NCBI GenBank assembly: GCA_030248215.1 | Contig: JASANG010003984.1 | Coordinates: 620,001 to 658,402 of the forward strand | DNA from: Enoplolaimus lenunculus | Taxonomy: Eukaryota | DNA: 38,402 bases | Reading direction: 5' to 3' | Shown: positions 1 to 11,566 of the stretch, in pieces | How positions within the stretch are numbered: position 1 is the stretch's first letter | Layout of the letters: the number at the start of each line of letters is the position of its first letter | Position numbers and translations under genes: made by a program | Notes under the pieces: model-generated | Databases searched by the model: none | What the model was told of the DNA's origin: nothing | What the model saw: the letters and a program-made list of their open reading frames with translations, nothing else

Positions 1-266
1 ATGCCGAGTTCGAAACTTTAAAGCGTACTTAAGTTTTCAAAGTGCATTCTTAATTATAACCTTTTAATATCGCTCAAACTATTGAAACGAGACAAATATA
101 CGTTTAATTGAACGGATAGTTGCAGTACCGGATATATATCAGTAACGATGGGTGGCGGAGCGTGGGTTTAATATAAATAACAGTCCGTAACCGAATAACA
201 ATGGGAGGTACCGTCTGGAGAGGCCAAATAAATATCAGTCCGCCCCTCTAATTCGGGTCAATACAG
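1..266. mobile_element. Tc1/pogo-like MITE (CTGTAGTGACCCGAATAAG TIR family), cut by window edge
   Basis: Ends ...ATTCGGGTCAATACAG|TA; reverse-complement match to the left part of the full copy at 19843-20257. Confidence 0.75.
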
Positions 267-351
267 TACAAGTGTCATATGAAATGATGAAAATTCTAGA
301 ACTAAGCGAACCAGAAACTGTGCGCTTTTACTGTATTCAATCATCTCAAAA

Positions 352-521
352 CAGGCCCGCAGCCAGCTCACCATGTTAAGGTGGCTAAAACTTTTTAGCA
401 GGGGCATTCAAGGGTTTTTAGTGATTTGCAGGCAAGGTTGAAACTTTTCTAGGGGGAGCCAAAATTTTTCCAGGGGGGGTTGAGCTCCTTACCCCCCTGG
501 CCTCTCTTGGCTACAGGCCCG
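352..521. mobile_element. hAT-like MITE (CAGGCCCGTAGCC TIR family)
   Basis: TIRs CAGGCCCGCAGCC / GGCTACAGGCCCG; 8-bp TSD TCTCAAAA/TCTCAGAA. Related copies at 2326-2499, 2968-3128 and 35039-35205. Confidence 0.8.
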
Positions 522-767
522 TCTCAGAAATGTCTATTTTGGGTTTCAGTAGAGCTTTTGAAATTGATTTTGTTTTCAAACTCCGGGTTTTTTTAGGCCG
601 TCCCCCCAGAGGATTGGGGATGCGTTAAGCACGCGTTGAATTAACAGACCATAGGTTGTGTGACCGGCAGAGGTGCAAGCCAGTAAATTACTTTGCCCAC
701 GACAAACCCTTTACCGCCCTTATTTGTTCTTCAGCGTTCACGCATCAATTAAAAAAAGGTGACAAGT

Positions 768-1065
768 TAACATACCCACATTGTCCTGTTGAATATCATA
801 TGACACTAGAGCTTGAAATTTGAATCTTTGAATTATGAAGCTTGGAATATTATATGATATTCGCGTAAATGTCCCACAGTATCACGTGACATAGCGACTT
901 TTGTACACATTGAGCATTTGAGAGCGGTGGTTTGTAAGCTAATATCATATGACATTGAAGTTTTGTTTGTTGACCCGATATGAGCACTCGAATTTTAACG
1001 TTGACGTCGAATCAACATGGGACAACCTGTGGTCCGCCTGCCCCGGTTATAACATGAATCTCACA
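768..1065. mobile_element. Partial copy of the PIF/Harbinger-like element at 12103-12748
   Basis: Extended similarity to 12315-12748 (TAACATACCC...GAATATCATATG...CCCCGGTTATAAC). Confidence 0.7.
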
Positions 1066-2325
1066 TAGTCCCACAATTATCAATAAGTCTGTGAATGCAA
1101 ACGACAAAAGTTGATAAATCAAATTGCATAACGTTTGAATACCTGGAGACCGTTTAGCAGTACCTAGCGGATAAATCAGTAAACTAACACATTGTTTTCT
1201 CAAAACGACATAACATTTTGTAATTAAGGCGATATTGTGTAATTTCACAGTGCATTGATGTTAGTCGCTCGATTCACGTTACAAAAACTATTATTTTCAA
1301 AACAAACCATTAAGTAAAAAAATGTAACACCTGTTAATATTGCACATTACAAATATTACACATAAAACTAGGTTGTTTACCGATTAGTGATCAATGAATC
1401 GAAACATTCTTGCCTGTACGAAATCATTGTAGTTAAAAGCGGATAAATCACACATTATTTCTGTTGAAATGTATGTGACAAATAGTCCCGCTTCAATAAG
1501 CCTACTGCAGAGCACTGCAAACAATTTGCTAACAACATTTGTGTGAATAATACGGTTGTCGTAGAGAGCCATTAAGTCATAGATTACAAAACTTCAGTAC
1601 TGCATCCTTTCCAGACCATAATCTTGGCAACCTGCTTTATTTGTGATATATACTATCTATGTACTTTGGACCGCCGTTTGCTGTTTTTTATAAAAATTTT
1701 AGGAGGGTAACAATTAACAAATTTTAGACCGCCCTTCGAAATTCTTTACCCGCGGGTAAACCTGTATCAAAATTTTCTTACCCGTCCCGCGTTTACCCGA
1801 AGGTTTCTGTGTGTTGCGTGCAACTCGGGTACCCAGTGGTGTATACAAGGAACAAATAGAGGACAGATCCCTATATGAACTAATGGCTATACCCGTGTAC
1901 AGTTCCATTTTCCGCGATTTTGGTGCACAAAGCCTAAAGCATAAACAATATTATTTAACCTTAGCAACGCCTACAAAGTCTAAATATACGCAGCAAACTT
2001 TTATATGCCCGGTGTGACATAAGATTAATATAAATTGGTAAAAATGAGCTTTGTACCCTCGAGAATAAAGTCTGAGGTTGTAAAGATAATCAAATCAAAC
2101 TTCACAATGAACCATTGGTTTAAGCTGCGGTCAGACTGTTTCTGCGAGATAAAAATCCCAGATCGTTTAAGTCCACCGCGATTGGCGAATCCCAGGGCGA
2201 CCGGCGCCAGGTCATATCTCCACACCACCGATGAAAACTGAAAATTTTTTATTAAAATTTATAGTACTGAAATTGCGTTTGACTTTTCGCTCGTTAGCGT
2301 TTTTTGCACTATTATACGTTGCTCG

Positions 2326-2499
2326 CAGGACCGTAGCCAGCTCGCCTTGCTAGGGTGGGACCTAACGATATTTCATGAGGGGCGTACAAGGGTTTGACAG
2401 GCAAGGTTGAAAATTTTATTGGGGTAGGCAAAATTATTCCACGGGGGCGGGGGGGGGGGGTGTGTGACACTCCTTCTGCCCCCATTGGTAACGGACCCG
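2326..2499. mobile_element. hAT-like MITE (CAGGCCCGTAGCC family)
   Basis: CAGGACCGTAGCCAGCTC ... GGTAACGGACCCG with the same internal GCAAGGTTGAAA core as 352-521; TSD degenerate. Confidence 0.65.
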
Positions 2500-2739
2500 A
2501 TCGCGCGGCCTGTCTTCAGTCGGAAATTGCTGGATTCGTCAGTGTTAATAATAATTATTCATTGTTTTGTTAATTTTAAGACATTGTGGATTTGAGCTGT
2601 TATTTTTTTACACAAAATTGTTGCAGTGTGACAGATAAGGCTTAGGTACAGCGATAACCTGCAAGGATTTCATTTCAGCAGGGTATAAACTCATATTTTC
2701 AACGGTAGAATTTAGCAGGTTATGCTAAAGCTTTGCATA

Positions 2740-2907
2740 CACTGCACAAAATGAGTCAAATTCGATTCCGCCAAAGTCAAATTCGACTCTCGCGAGTCGC
2801 TCAGTAAGTCGAATTTTACTCCGGCGCAGTCGATGTTGACTCAGTTTGTGTAGTCCTGAAAAGCGTATTTCGGAAAGAGTCAATTTGACACACCATTTTT
2901 TGCAGTG
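2740..2907. mobile_element. CMC (CACTA/Mirage/Chapaev)-like MITE
   Basis: TIRs CACTGCACAAAATG / CATTTTTTGCAGTG flanked by TA, with internal GAGTC/GACTC subrepeats; partial relative at about 17223-17318. Confidence 0.65.
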
Positions 2908-2967
2908 TACTAGCATCTACCAAAATTTTGGGGAATGACAGATATTCTTCTATCCCGCTTCTAGGGG

Positions 2968-3128
2968 CAGACCCGTAGTCAGCTCAACCTGCCAGATTTA
3001 CCGAAACACATCAAGGAGGGAGAGGCTTTGAAAACAAAAACCTTGCAAGCGGGACGAAAATTTTTCAGGGAAGGCAAATTTTTATAGGGTTTGCCGACCC
3101 CTGCTGGTCCCCTCAGGCCACAGGCCTG
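2968..3128. mobile_element. hAT-like MITE (CAGGCCCGTAGCC family), diverged
   Basis: CAGACCCGTAGTCAGCTC ... GGCCACAGGCCTG. Confidence 0.55.
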
Positions 3129-3801
3129 TCTTTGTATAGCCCCCTACGTACGGGTTTCGATCAGATTCTATACATTATTCTCTGGTTCTGATTGGTTTGT
3201 GATACCATTTGCTTTGATTTTTAGGTCTTTGTTTTTAGCCAAAAGACAAAAGCAGGCTAAATTTCAACGGCTATCACTCAAGACATCAATTAAACGTCTT
3301 TAGTTTTAAAGTAATTAGTCTGATGAACAACGACCGAAGGGATTTTGAGAGTTGAAATAAAATGTTTAGAACAAAGTGTTTTTTCTCCTAAAACTATACT
3401 CTTATAAAGTACTTTGCAGCCCAGCTAAATTTGTTTGATATGTCAATATTTTAAAGCATTTTATTATCTATCAACAAAATGGTTCTTAAAAATAAATTGT
3501 CTTGAAATTTCAAAAAAGTTCAATTCATAAAAGACAAAAAACTTTCAATTTGAACAACTTTATGGTTTTAAAAAAAAACCGAAAAAAACTAAGCGTTTGA
3601 AATAATTGAAATATAAATAGTTTTAATTTTAAGAAATTGAATGTTTCACTAAATTATACCGCATATTTTTCTCACTGTTACAAAATACGTAGTTGTCTTA
3701 TAATTTTGTGAAACTTAGAATATTGTGGCAGTCTTGTATCTGAAAATTTTGGAGAATTTACTGCGTGTGGTATCAAAACCGAAATCAAAAAATTAAAATT
3801 C

Positions 3802-3804
<3 letters not shown>

Positions 3805-3856
<52 letters not shown>

Positions 3857-3868
3857 ATATATATTATA
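3805..3868. repeat. (TA)n microsatellite
   Basis: About 30 TA units read directly. Confidence 0.95.
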
Positions 3869-4059
3869 TCTGGTTTCCACTGCAAATTTCTAAGTTTTAT
3901 AATTGTGTTAATTCCAACTGGTGATAGGTGCTACACACATTTGAGTATACTGGCACTGGTTTTCACTACAGATTTCTAAGTTTTATAATTGCGTAAATTC
4001 AAATATTGAGTATAATGCGAAAATAGCAATCGTTGCATTTGATTAATGAAATATTTCGT

Positions 4060-6391
4060 ATGATTTCGATCGATGCAATAAATCTGATACTTTCATCGCT
4101 TATTTGTGGAGTTGGACTGTTAGGCCTCAAAAGGCCTCTTGAGCGACTAACTCCGTTGGCCGTCCTTGCGGTTATATTGCTCAGAATGATTCAAGTTGAC
4201 GCCGTTCGAAGGCCCGACTATACGTCCGATTTTAGTGATAATCGTAAGCTCGGGAGTAGGAATTGTTCAGTGAAATTTGCGTTTAAAGTCCTATTGACAC
4301 GTGCAAGTTTTGTTCGAAAATCTTGTCACAAAATTTACCGCTGCTCTCGAACGCAAAACACATGCACCGTGTTATGGGATGCGCTATTCTTTTATGTATC
4401 GCATCAAAGGGCGGCACCGTGCGTTAACAAACGCCGATGGTCGCTGTCACACATAGCCGTGCGCTGCCGTCCTTCGCCGCGTGGCGCCGCATGTCACTCT
4501 TGAAAATTAATTTTAATGGTCCTTTTGCCATCGTGGGTTCTAAAATTTTTTAATTGACGCACGGTGCCGCGCAAGGACGCGTCCCATACAGCGCCATCCT
4601 AAACGGGGCTTTAACTCTGGCGTTGCCTTAGATCAATTGCTTTTTTGGAAAAATTGCAACCAACTCGCAAATGCTGTTTGTTTTGCCGATTTCCAAACAA
4701 AGGCGGATCCAAAAATTTCTGACGGGATGCAGGCCGGCAAATAAACCTTATCATTTTATAACCAAAAAATTTTCTGAGGGCGGAAAATTGTCAGGTAGGG
4801 ACCTTACCATTTTGTCACAAAAAATTCTACGGGAAAACTTGTTTTTTTACAAAAAACTTTCTGAGGACAAAAATTGTAAGGTAGGGACCTTACCATTTTA
4901 ACACAAATAAAATTTCTGATGGGGGCGTATGCAGTGGCGGATCCAGGATCTCAAAATGGGGGGGGCCAAAATTTCACAGGTAATAAACTTATTTTTGGCC
5001 CATACTGTAGTGACCCAAATAAGAGAGGTCCCCATTTTGAGTCCCAATTAATAGGAGTCCGTATCCCTAATAAGAATCCATAAGCGGGTGAAGTCCTTAA
5101 GCACTTGTTTATTGTCCATAAATGTCCATTATCCCTCAGTGTAGTGCATAAATGACTCCAGGGACAAGAAACATTAAAGCGTGCTTATACTATTACGTAT
5201 AAAACAGAGAAATAAACAGCGTAGAACAGCAATTGACACTATATAATTTTTGTCGAGATGCTGTTGGGGGGGGGGCACGGCCGGGGTGGCCCCCCCGTGG
5301 ATCCGCCATTAGGCGTATGCCCCTCCCGCGCTACCCTCTGGATCCGCTAGTGTTTCCATATAAAATATGTGAAAGATTTTAGTGTACGTATTGTATTGTC
5401 TAACTCAAAAGACGTACAGGTTGATTTTTTTACGTTGATCATTCTATTATTACATTCTCACGTATAAGCTAGTTTAGTTTAGAAAAAGTCGCTCAAAACC
5501 CTTGTATACCCCGCTTGAACAATTTTTAGCCCCTTAGCAAGGTGAGCTGGCTACAATCCGATACATCGTGTTTCGAGGTAGCCAATGAGATTCATTTGTG
5601 CCATACAAGGATTTGGTATATAACCAGCGTGATCAATGGCGTCCACGAAAGCAATATTGTTCAGGATATTTGATATCCTTGGTCCATAAGTAAACGTCCT
5701 TTATTATAAATACGTTCCTTTGACGGTTACGGTACGTTTTTTCCACTTTATTTTCAGGCTACTGGGAACAGAAGTACTGCTACAGTTGTATGTCAAGCTC
5801 ATATTCGCCATTTTGGAGCATTCTCAAAGCGACATATTTTAAACCAATGAATTTTTCGAAAAGTTGTGATCAGCAATTTTCAAAGCATCGAATGGGAACC
5901 GTTCCTTGTACTGGGCCGTGTATCACTATGATGGAGGGTTTCACCGTTGGAGGTAGAAACATGATAGTGTGTTTAAATAATAAAAATAATTAGAAAATAA
6001 TAATAATTATTATTATTTTTATTATAACAGTAATAATAACAATAATAAAAACTAATAATAAAACAAATTAGTAAATATAATCATAGTACTAATAATAACA
6101 ACTCGAAATAAGAACAAGTCAACACGAAAAATAATAAAACATGACATTGTTTAAATAATATAAGTAATAATGGAATAAAAAAATAAAAAAAAATAATAAT
6201 AATAGTAATAATATTAACTCGAAATTATAACAATTTAAAATCATAAAAAATAATATAAAATAATAAAAAATATGCAATAATGCGAAACTAATGAAAATAA
6301 TAAGCTACATATTGTCGACCACTCGTTCGAGGTAAAACATGATAATGAATGAATATTAAAAATAAAATAATACAATAATAATTAAAAAGAA

Positions 6392-6426
<35 letters not shown>

Positions 6427-7637
6427 TTAGAATAATAATTAATAGCACAAAACATACTAAATAATAAGCGATAAGAAACTGATAAATTAATAAACCAAAT
6501 GTTAAACAACTACAACCTACTATTTACTTTAGTTTTGACCGTAATTTGATTTTAAAATAGGCGTGTAAATAAGTAATTTGTACGCTGGAAATGTTTTTAA
6601 ATTTACAATCATGTAAAAAGTGTGCCCATTCACTACTAGAGTATACTATGAGCAACTAAATACAAAATGAATACAGGCAATGCAGTGTTGTACAGTAGAA
6701 AATCTGAACAAAACGTGACAATGATTTCGTACCCGAGTGTCAACCTTCTACAGTCAAGCAGTGATGATGAACGTTTCGCAACTAAAGCGGTTCAGGGTTC
6801 AAAAATTAGCCTTAAATGAAATCTCAAATGAAATATATCTTATTCCTTAAATTTTCGTCCATTGTTAACATAATATTGAATTCTAATCTCTCTTGTAAAA
6901 TACTAACGGCCAATGTTATTTTAAGGGGCGTAACAGTAGATTAAGCGTATTCCTAAGCCTAAGCTTAAGCCTAAGCGTTGCAAAAATGTGTTCCTAAGCC
7001 TAAGCCTAAGCCTAAGCTTAAGCCTAAACGTTGCAAAAATGTGTTCCTAAGCCTAAGCCTAAGCCTAATCCTAAGCAAATAATGTAGTCTAAAATCTAAA
7101 CCTGCTTTTTTATGGTCCCACCAAACGCCTGGACGCCCCTTAAAATAACATGGGTCATACTAACAATATTAGTAACACCCTGCATGGGGGGGAATGGGCT
7201 ATACGTACTAATATGGCTTTTTTTCTGAAATTTCAGGCATGAGCGTGGGACCAACGTATATCCGCGGCTGTTTTAACAAAATCCTCAAAGCTGGATTTAA
7301 TGATTCCGCAATTCGAACTCATCGCATTCGCTATATGGAACGTTGCATAATTGTCGACCGACAAAAACTATTTCGCGGACAAGCGGCCCAAGGTCATGTC
7401 CGGGTTTGCGGATGTCTTTCTGATTTGTGCAACTTGGCCCCGTCGCGTTCAGTGTTCCCGATGATCTCGTATCATTACGACTACGTATATCAGCGAGCGC
7501 ACTTTCAACTATTGCCAATGCTATCAGCGCTGCCACTGTATATTGTAACTGCAATTAGAACGCTATTGTGCAATACGATTATACTTGTTGCATGCACTGT
7601 TTGTGCAATTCATAACGCTAACATTGCGTTTGGTTGA
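4060..7637 (+). CDS. Ly-6/uPAR (three-finger) ODR-2/HOT-family cell-surface protein; join(4060..4243,5758..5952,7237..7637), 259 aa
   Basis: Exon 1 has ATG at 4060, a hydrophobic leader (...LAVLAVILLRMIQVDA) and donor C|gtaagc. Exon 2 runs ttttcag|GC...GGAG|gtagaa and encodes YWEQKYCYSCMSSSY..W..L...Y.KP.NF...CD...VPCTGPCITM. Exon 3 follows tttcag|GC and encodes YIRGCFNKILKAGFN...CGCLSDLCN plus a hydrophobic tail. Both introns are phase 1 and join in frame (780 nt). Ten Cys ending in CN, with CYSCMS and YIRGC, match the nematode ODR-2/HOT pattern. Exon 1 is less certain than exons 2-3. Confidence 0.88.
4698..5352. mobile_element. hAT-like element (GCGGATCC TIRs) hosting nested MITEs, in intron 1 of the HOT-like gene
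   Basis: TIRs CAAAGGCGGATCC / GGATCCGCTAGTG; 8-bp TSD TTTCCAAA/TTTCCATA. Confidence 0.7.
4932..5311. mobile_element. hAT-like MITE nested in 4698-5352
   Basis: TIRs CAGTGGCGGATCC / GGATCCGCCATTA; perfect 8-bp TSD GGCGTATG (4924-4931 and 5312-5319). It contains half of a Tc1/pogo-like MITE at 5005-~5190. Confidence 0.85.
5975..6500. repeat. AT-rich low-complexity (AAT)n region in intron 2 of the HOT-like gene
   Basis: Degenerate AAT/TAA repeats, with a pure run near 6393-6426. Confidence 0.85.
6908..7156. mobile_element. Merlin-like MITE carrying telomeric (TAAGCC)n, subfamily A1
   Basis: Perfect 19-bp TIR core ATGTTATTTTAAGGGGCGT / ACGCCCCTTAAAATAACAT inside GGCC/GGTC ends; perfect 8-bp TSD ATACTAAC; three internal TAAGCC modules. 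Confidence 0.85.
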
Positions 7638-8184
7638 TTTTGATTGCATAAAAAAAGAACGAGTTTGAATTCAAACTGATCCCGGATTGGCTAATCGGTA
7701 CTTTAGCTCTGCTTGAATTCATATGATTGGTTCCGTCTCTTTCATATCGTCGTAGAAAGCTCTTTTCCGAAGAACCCCAGTATAACGTCAAGCATTGACC
7801 TTAACGACATCTGTTTATGACCTACCCCACCCACCGTCCCTTAATTCATAACGCTAACGTTGTGTTTGGCCGAATTTCATTGGATATAAAACAACGAGCT
7901 TGATTTCAAACTGACTTTGGATTGGTGAAATGACTATTTTAACTCTGCTTGAATTCTGTGGTGATTGGTTCGATCTCCAGCATATCGTCTTCAAACGCTT
8001 TTCTCTGAAAACGCCGCAGTTTCTGAACATAACAACAACCTGTTTATGACCTGCCACCCCCAAACTTTTACGTTATCTATTGTCACTTAGTTCTTTACCC
8101 CGTTGCCAGCAAATGACGTTTAACAGGTTGTTATTGGATGCAAGTTTTGCCACATTTTTGGTGCTCGCTCTACTGCTTACAGAT

Positions 8185-8349
8185 TTCGAAAATAATTCAG
8201 AAATGATTGGATAATAACTAAGTGTTCGAAATAATTCAGAAATGATTGGATAATAACTAAATGTTCGAAAATCATTCAGAAATGATTGGTTAATAACTAA
8301 ATGTTCGAAATTAATTCAGAAATGATTGGATAATAACTAAATGTTCGAA
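8185..8349. repeat. Minisatellite, ~40-bp unit x4
   Basis: TTCGAAAATAATTCAGAAATGATTGGATAATAACTAAATG; units start at 8185, 8225, 8264 and 8304. Confidence 0.9.
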
Positions 8350-8676
8350 CAGAGTTAAACCGGTACCGTTGTAGTGTTTTTTTGATAATTGTAATGACAT
8401 TCAAGGTCGTGTGGCAGATCGCACCAAATGCTAAATGCCGTACGGTACCGCAAACAGCTTGTAAACAATGCACTCAAAATGATATTTCTGATATTTAAGA
8501 AAAGATTTCTTACATTTGAGAAATCTGATTAGCAAGGTGCACTTGAAAAGTATTTCTGTTATAACAGAAATGTTTTCAAAAAACGTTACTTTTTTGTGTG
8601 TGGTTTTTGAGTTGCGGTCTCAAGGTCGACATAAGACCGCCAGTATTACAAGTATAGCATCAGATCCATGAGTTTA

Positions 8677-9099
8677 CTGTAGTGACCCAAATAAGAGGAT
8701 GAGGTAATATGCGTTCGGGGTCGGTATTTTGAGTTCGAATCAATAAGAGTCTGTTTTCTAATTAGAGCCAGGTATATGGATAGAATCCACGCTTATTTAT
8801 TAGTCCATAAACGTTAAGTGCTTTTGCGTAAATGCTTCTTGGACCAAATTAATTTCAGTTTCAGTGTATAATTTGATTCGCTGCACCATAACGTTATACT
8901 TGTATTCATAGGAGCAGTACTCATTAGGCAGAAATAAATTATTAAAGTAATGAGCTTAGCGTACGGTTAAGATGTGTGGTCCAAATACCTGAAACTGAAC
9001 TGCAAAATAAATAACAGTCCGTTCCACAACGGCGAAAGGGTTCCCTCAGGAAAAGGCAAATCAATCTCGCTCATGGCTCTCTTATTCGGGTCACTGCAG
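8677..9099. mobile_element. Tc1/pogo-like MITE (CTGTAGTGACCC family)
   Basis: TA|CTGTAGTGACCCAAATAAGAG ... CTCTTATTCGGGTCACTGCAG|CA. Confidence 0.75.
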
Positions 9100-9385
9100 C
9101 ATATAACAGCAGTAATTTGAAACTATGCCTCACCTATTACCAGTTGGCAAAAGGTTTTCAATTGTTAAATTTTTAAAAGCGACTCGACAATTTCGGGCAA
9201 TATAGAGTTTTCAACGCTTCGATTAGCTTCGAAAAGAAATTCATAACTGGTGATCGGTGAAGCATAATTGGTGAATTTGAGTCAAAGCTTAAGCTTACTA
9301 TATTACATATATAATAAACCAGACAAAGGCTTTTTAAGCTTTAAGTACACACACGGTATTTTTGTGAAATATTTTTTTCTCGTTA

Positions 9386-9799
9386 AGGGTGGCGCTATAC
9401 ACTCAAAACAATATTTCTGATATTTAATAAAAAATTTCTTACATTTAAGAAATATAATTAGCAAGGTGCACTTGAAAAGTATTTCTGTTATAACACAAAC
9501 GTTTTCAAAAAAGTTTTGAAATAAAGACTGAAAATAAACGTTTTCCAGTTATTTTCAGAAAAATTGTCTTAAATATCAGAAATACTTTTCAGATTTGAAA
9601 CAGAAAATACTTTTCTGAATAAATTCAGAAATACTTTTTGTGTGATACTTGTCGTGCGGCGTTGTCTAGCGCCGTCCGTCACAATACAGTGTCGTACGTG
9701 ACTAATTAACGTACGATACCGTACGGTGACGTATGGTGATGGGTGGCTCCGGACGGCGACGAACGGTGCCGGCCGGCATCAAAGGTACAGTGTCACCCT
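9386..9799. mobile_element. PIF/Harbinger-like MITE with a nested CAC-ended (CMC-like) element at 9400-9644
   Basis: TTA|AGGGTGGCGCTATA ... GTGTCACCCT|TTA; related to 15299-15501. The insert CACTCAAAA...TGTGTG duplicates ATA and matches copies at 8471-8600 and ~19350-19557. Confidence 0.7.
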
Positions 9800-9891
9800 T
9801 TAGTATGCCCAGTACTGAATCTCTTCGAGATCGGAGATGTGTCCGGGTTGAACTGTCAAACTGTTTTATAGTCGAGTACTCCGGTAAAAAT

Positions 9892-10348
9892 GGGTCTTTA
9901 CGGTTAGCCCCCTCAGCCCGCATTTGCCCAAAAGTGGACGGATTTTAAAATTTTTTGCATATTAAAGATGTTAAATTTTTGCACTCAGACGATTGGTTAA
10001 CGAATTATGGTCAAATAATTGATTTGGCGCCGACCCAAATTATTGGCAGCGCGCCAAATCAGTTATTTGACAATAACTTGTTAACCAATCGTCTGATTAC
10101 AAAAAATTTAACACCATTGGACTCTGTTCTACAAACTGCATCGAATGATATATAACTTGTCAAATTGTTTTTGCAAATTTTTTTGGGTCCCCGGGGACTT
10201 TGGGTTCTTAAAAAATCGAATTTTTCAAAAATACAAATTTGGCCATGGAATAATCATAGGAGACCATGAGAAGTTCAAATATGCAAAAAATTTCAAAATC
10301 CGACGACTTTTGGGCAAACGCGGGCTGGGGGGATAACCGAAAAGTCCC
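9892..10348. mobile_element. Merlin-like MITE with ~70-bp TIRs and a nested palindromic insert (~9982-10100)
   Basis: Imperfect TIR GGGTCTTTACGGTTAGCCCC...TTTGCATATT; perfect 8-bp TSD GTAAAAAT (9884-9891 and 10349-10356). Confidence 0.85.
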
Positions 10349-11195
10349 GTAAAAATAATGCAGTGTAGTTCATTTATCGGAAATTCGAAACTATAATCAG
10401 TGATAATTATTGCTGCTGACTCCAGTTTGGCTGCCAATGCAATTAACATACATCTATATTAATAAAGATATAAACGTATTGATAGATAGATAGATAGATA
10501 GATAGATATATCTATATATGTATATATACAAATGCTTGAAAAATCATTAGGCAAGCACGCACGTGTAAACGTTTCGCGTTGATTTTTTCGTTTGCTCACT
10601 TAGGCTTAGGATTAAGAATACGATTATACTACTGTTACGACCCTGTTGTATACATTTGGTCAGCAAATATCTGCCGATTTAGAATAGAAAAGCACCTACA
10701 ACTAGTGTGTGCGAATGAAACGCATAGAAAACCATAGTTTCAAATTATTCAAAAATATAATTATTCCAAAGCCATTGGGGGGCATTACCACAATTCACCT
10801 GCCCCCGGCTATTTTTTTGCGCAAAAAATTGGTAAGGTACCCCTACTCTACAATGTTTCAATTTGGTGATTATTTCCAAATTTACTCAAATTGACAGCCA
10901 GCTGCGTTAGTACACCTCAAAAATTTCGACAGAGGCACAATTTTAATTCAGCGTCGAATAAAAAAATAAAGTCCACCCCAAATTGCAAGTGCGGTCAGCT
11001 TCTATATGCACACGTCTTCGCTTTCCCAACACACGTATTCAATAAGGTGCTAGCTTGTGAGCTGGTTGTGGCTCACGATTCCAAAATGACTTTCACCGTT
11101 TCCGCAAAATCGCTTAATTGGGGAAATCATCAAAGTGTACCGACGCCTTTTGGTTGCGATTCTTTTACTCTGTCGGTTTTTGTCTAAGATAAAAG

Positions 11196-11368
11196 GGCCC
11201 ATGTATAGAACAGGGCCGGATCGTTTTCCGGAGCGGCTATAATAGAGTCAGTTTAAGCTTTACACTATTTTTTTTGTTTAGGCTTACACTTAGGCTTAGA
11301 CTTTGGCTTAGGCTTAAGCTTTGGAATATGCTTATACTACTGTTCCGGCCCTCTTCTCTGCATAGGCC
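11196..11368. mobile_element. Merlin-like telomere-repeat MITE, subfamily A2
   Basis: GGCCCATGTATAGAACAGGGCCGG ... CCGGCCCTCTTCTCTGCATAGGCC; TSD GATAAAAG/GATAAAAC; internal TTAGGC units. Confidence 0.85.
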
Positions 11369-11421
11369 GATAAAACTATAAAACTTTAATTATCACTGTC
11401 GGTTTTTGTCTAAGATAAAAC

Positions 11422-11566
11422 GGTCCATGTATAGAACAGGGCCGGATCGTTTTCCAGAGCGGCTATAATAGAGTCAATTTAAGGATTGCACTTTTTTTCT
11501 TAGGCTTAGGCTTAAGCTTAGGAATATGCTTATAATACTGTTCCGGCCCTGTTCTCTACATAGGCA
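11422..11566. mobile_element. Merlin-like telomere-repeat MITE A2, tandem duplicate of 11196-11368
   Basis: Perfect TSD GATAAAAC; same upstream flank CTGTCGGTTTTTGTCTAAGATAAAA as the previous copy. Confidence 0.85.

Noticed and set aside
4244..4503. 3' part of the 156-aa ORF 4033-4503
   Set aside because: This is read-through past the gtaagc donor into an intron containing Harbinger-like repeat fragments.
6950..7075. Intronic TAAGCC sequence as a telomerase RNA template or a true telomere
   Set aside because: It lies within a multi-copy MITE with TIRs and a TSD, the arrays are short and interrupted, and no RNA structure supports it.
8185..8349. 40-bp repeats as a CRISPR array
   Set aside because: The units are contiguous with no unique spacers, there are no cas genes, and the context is eukaryotic.
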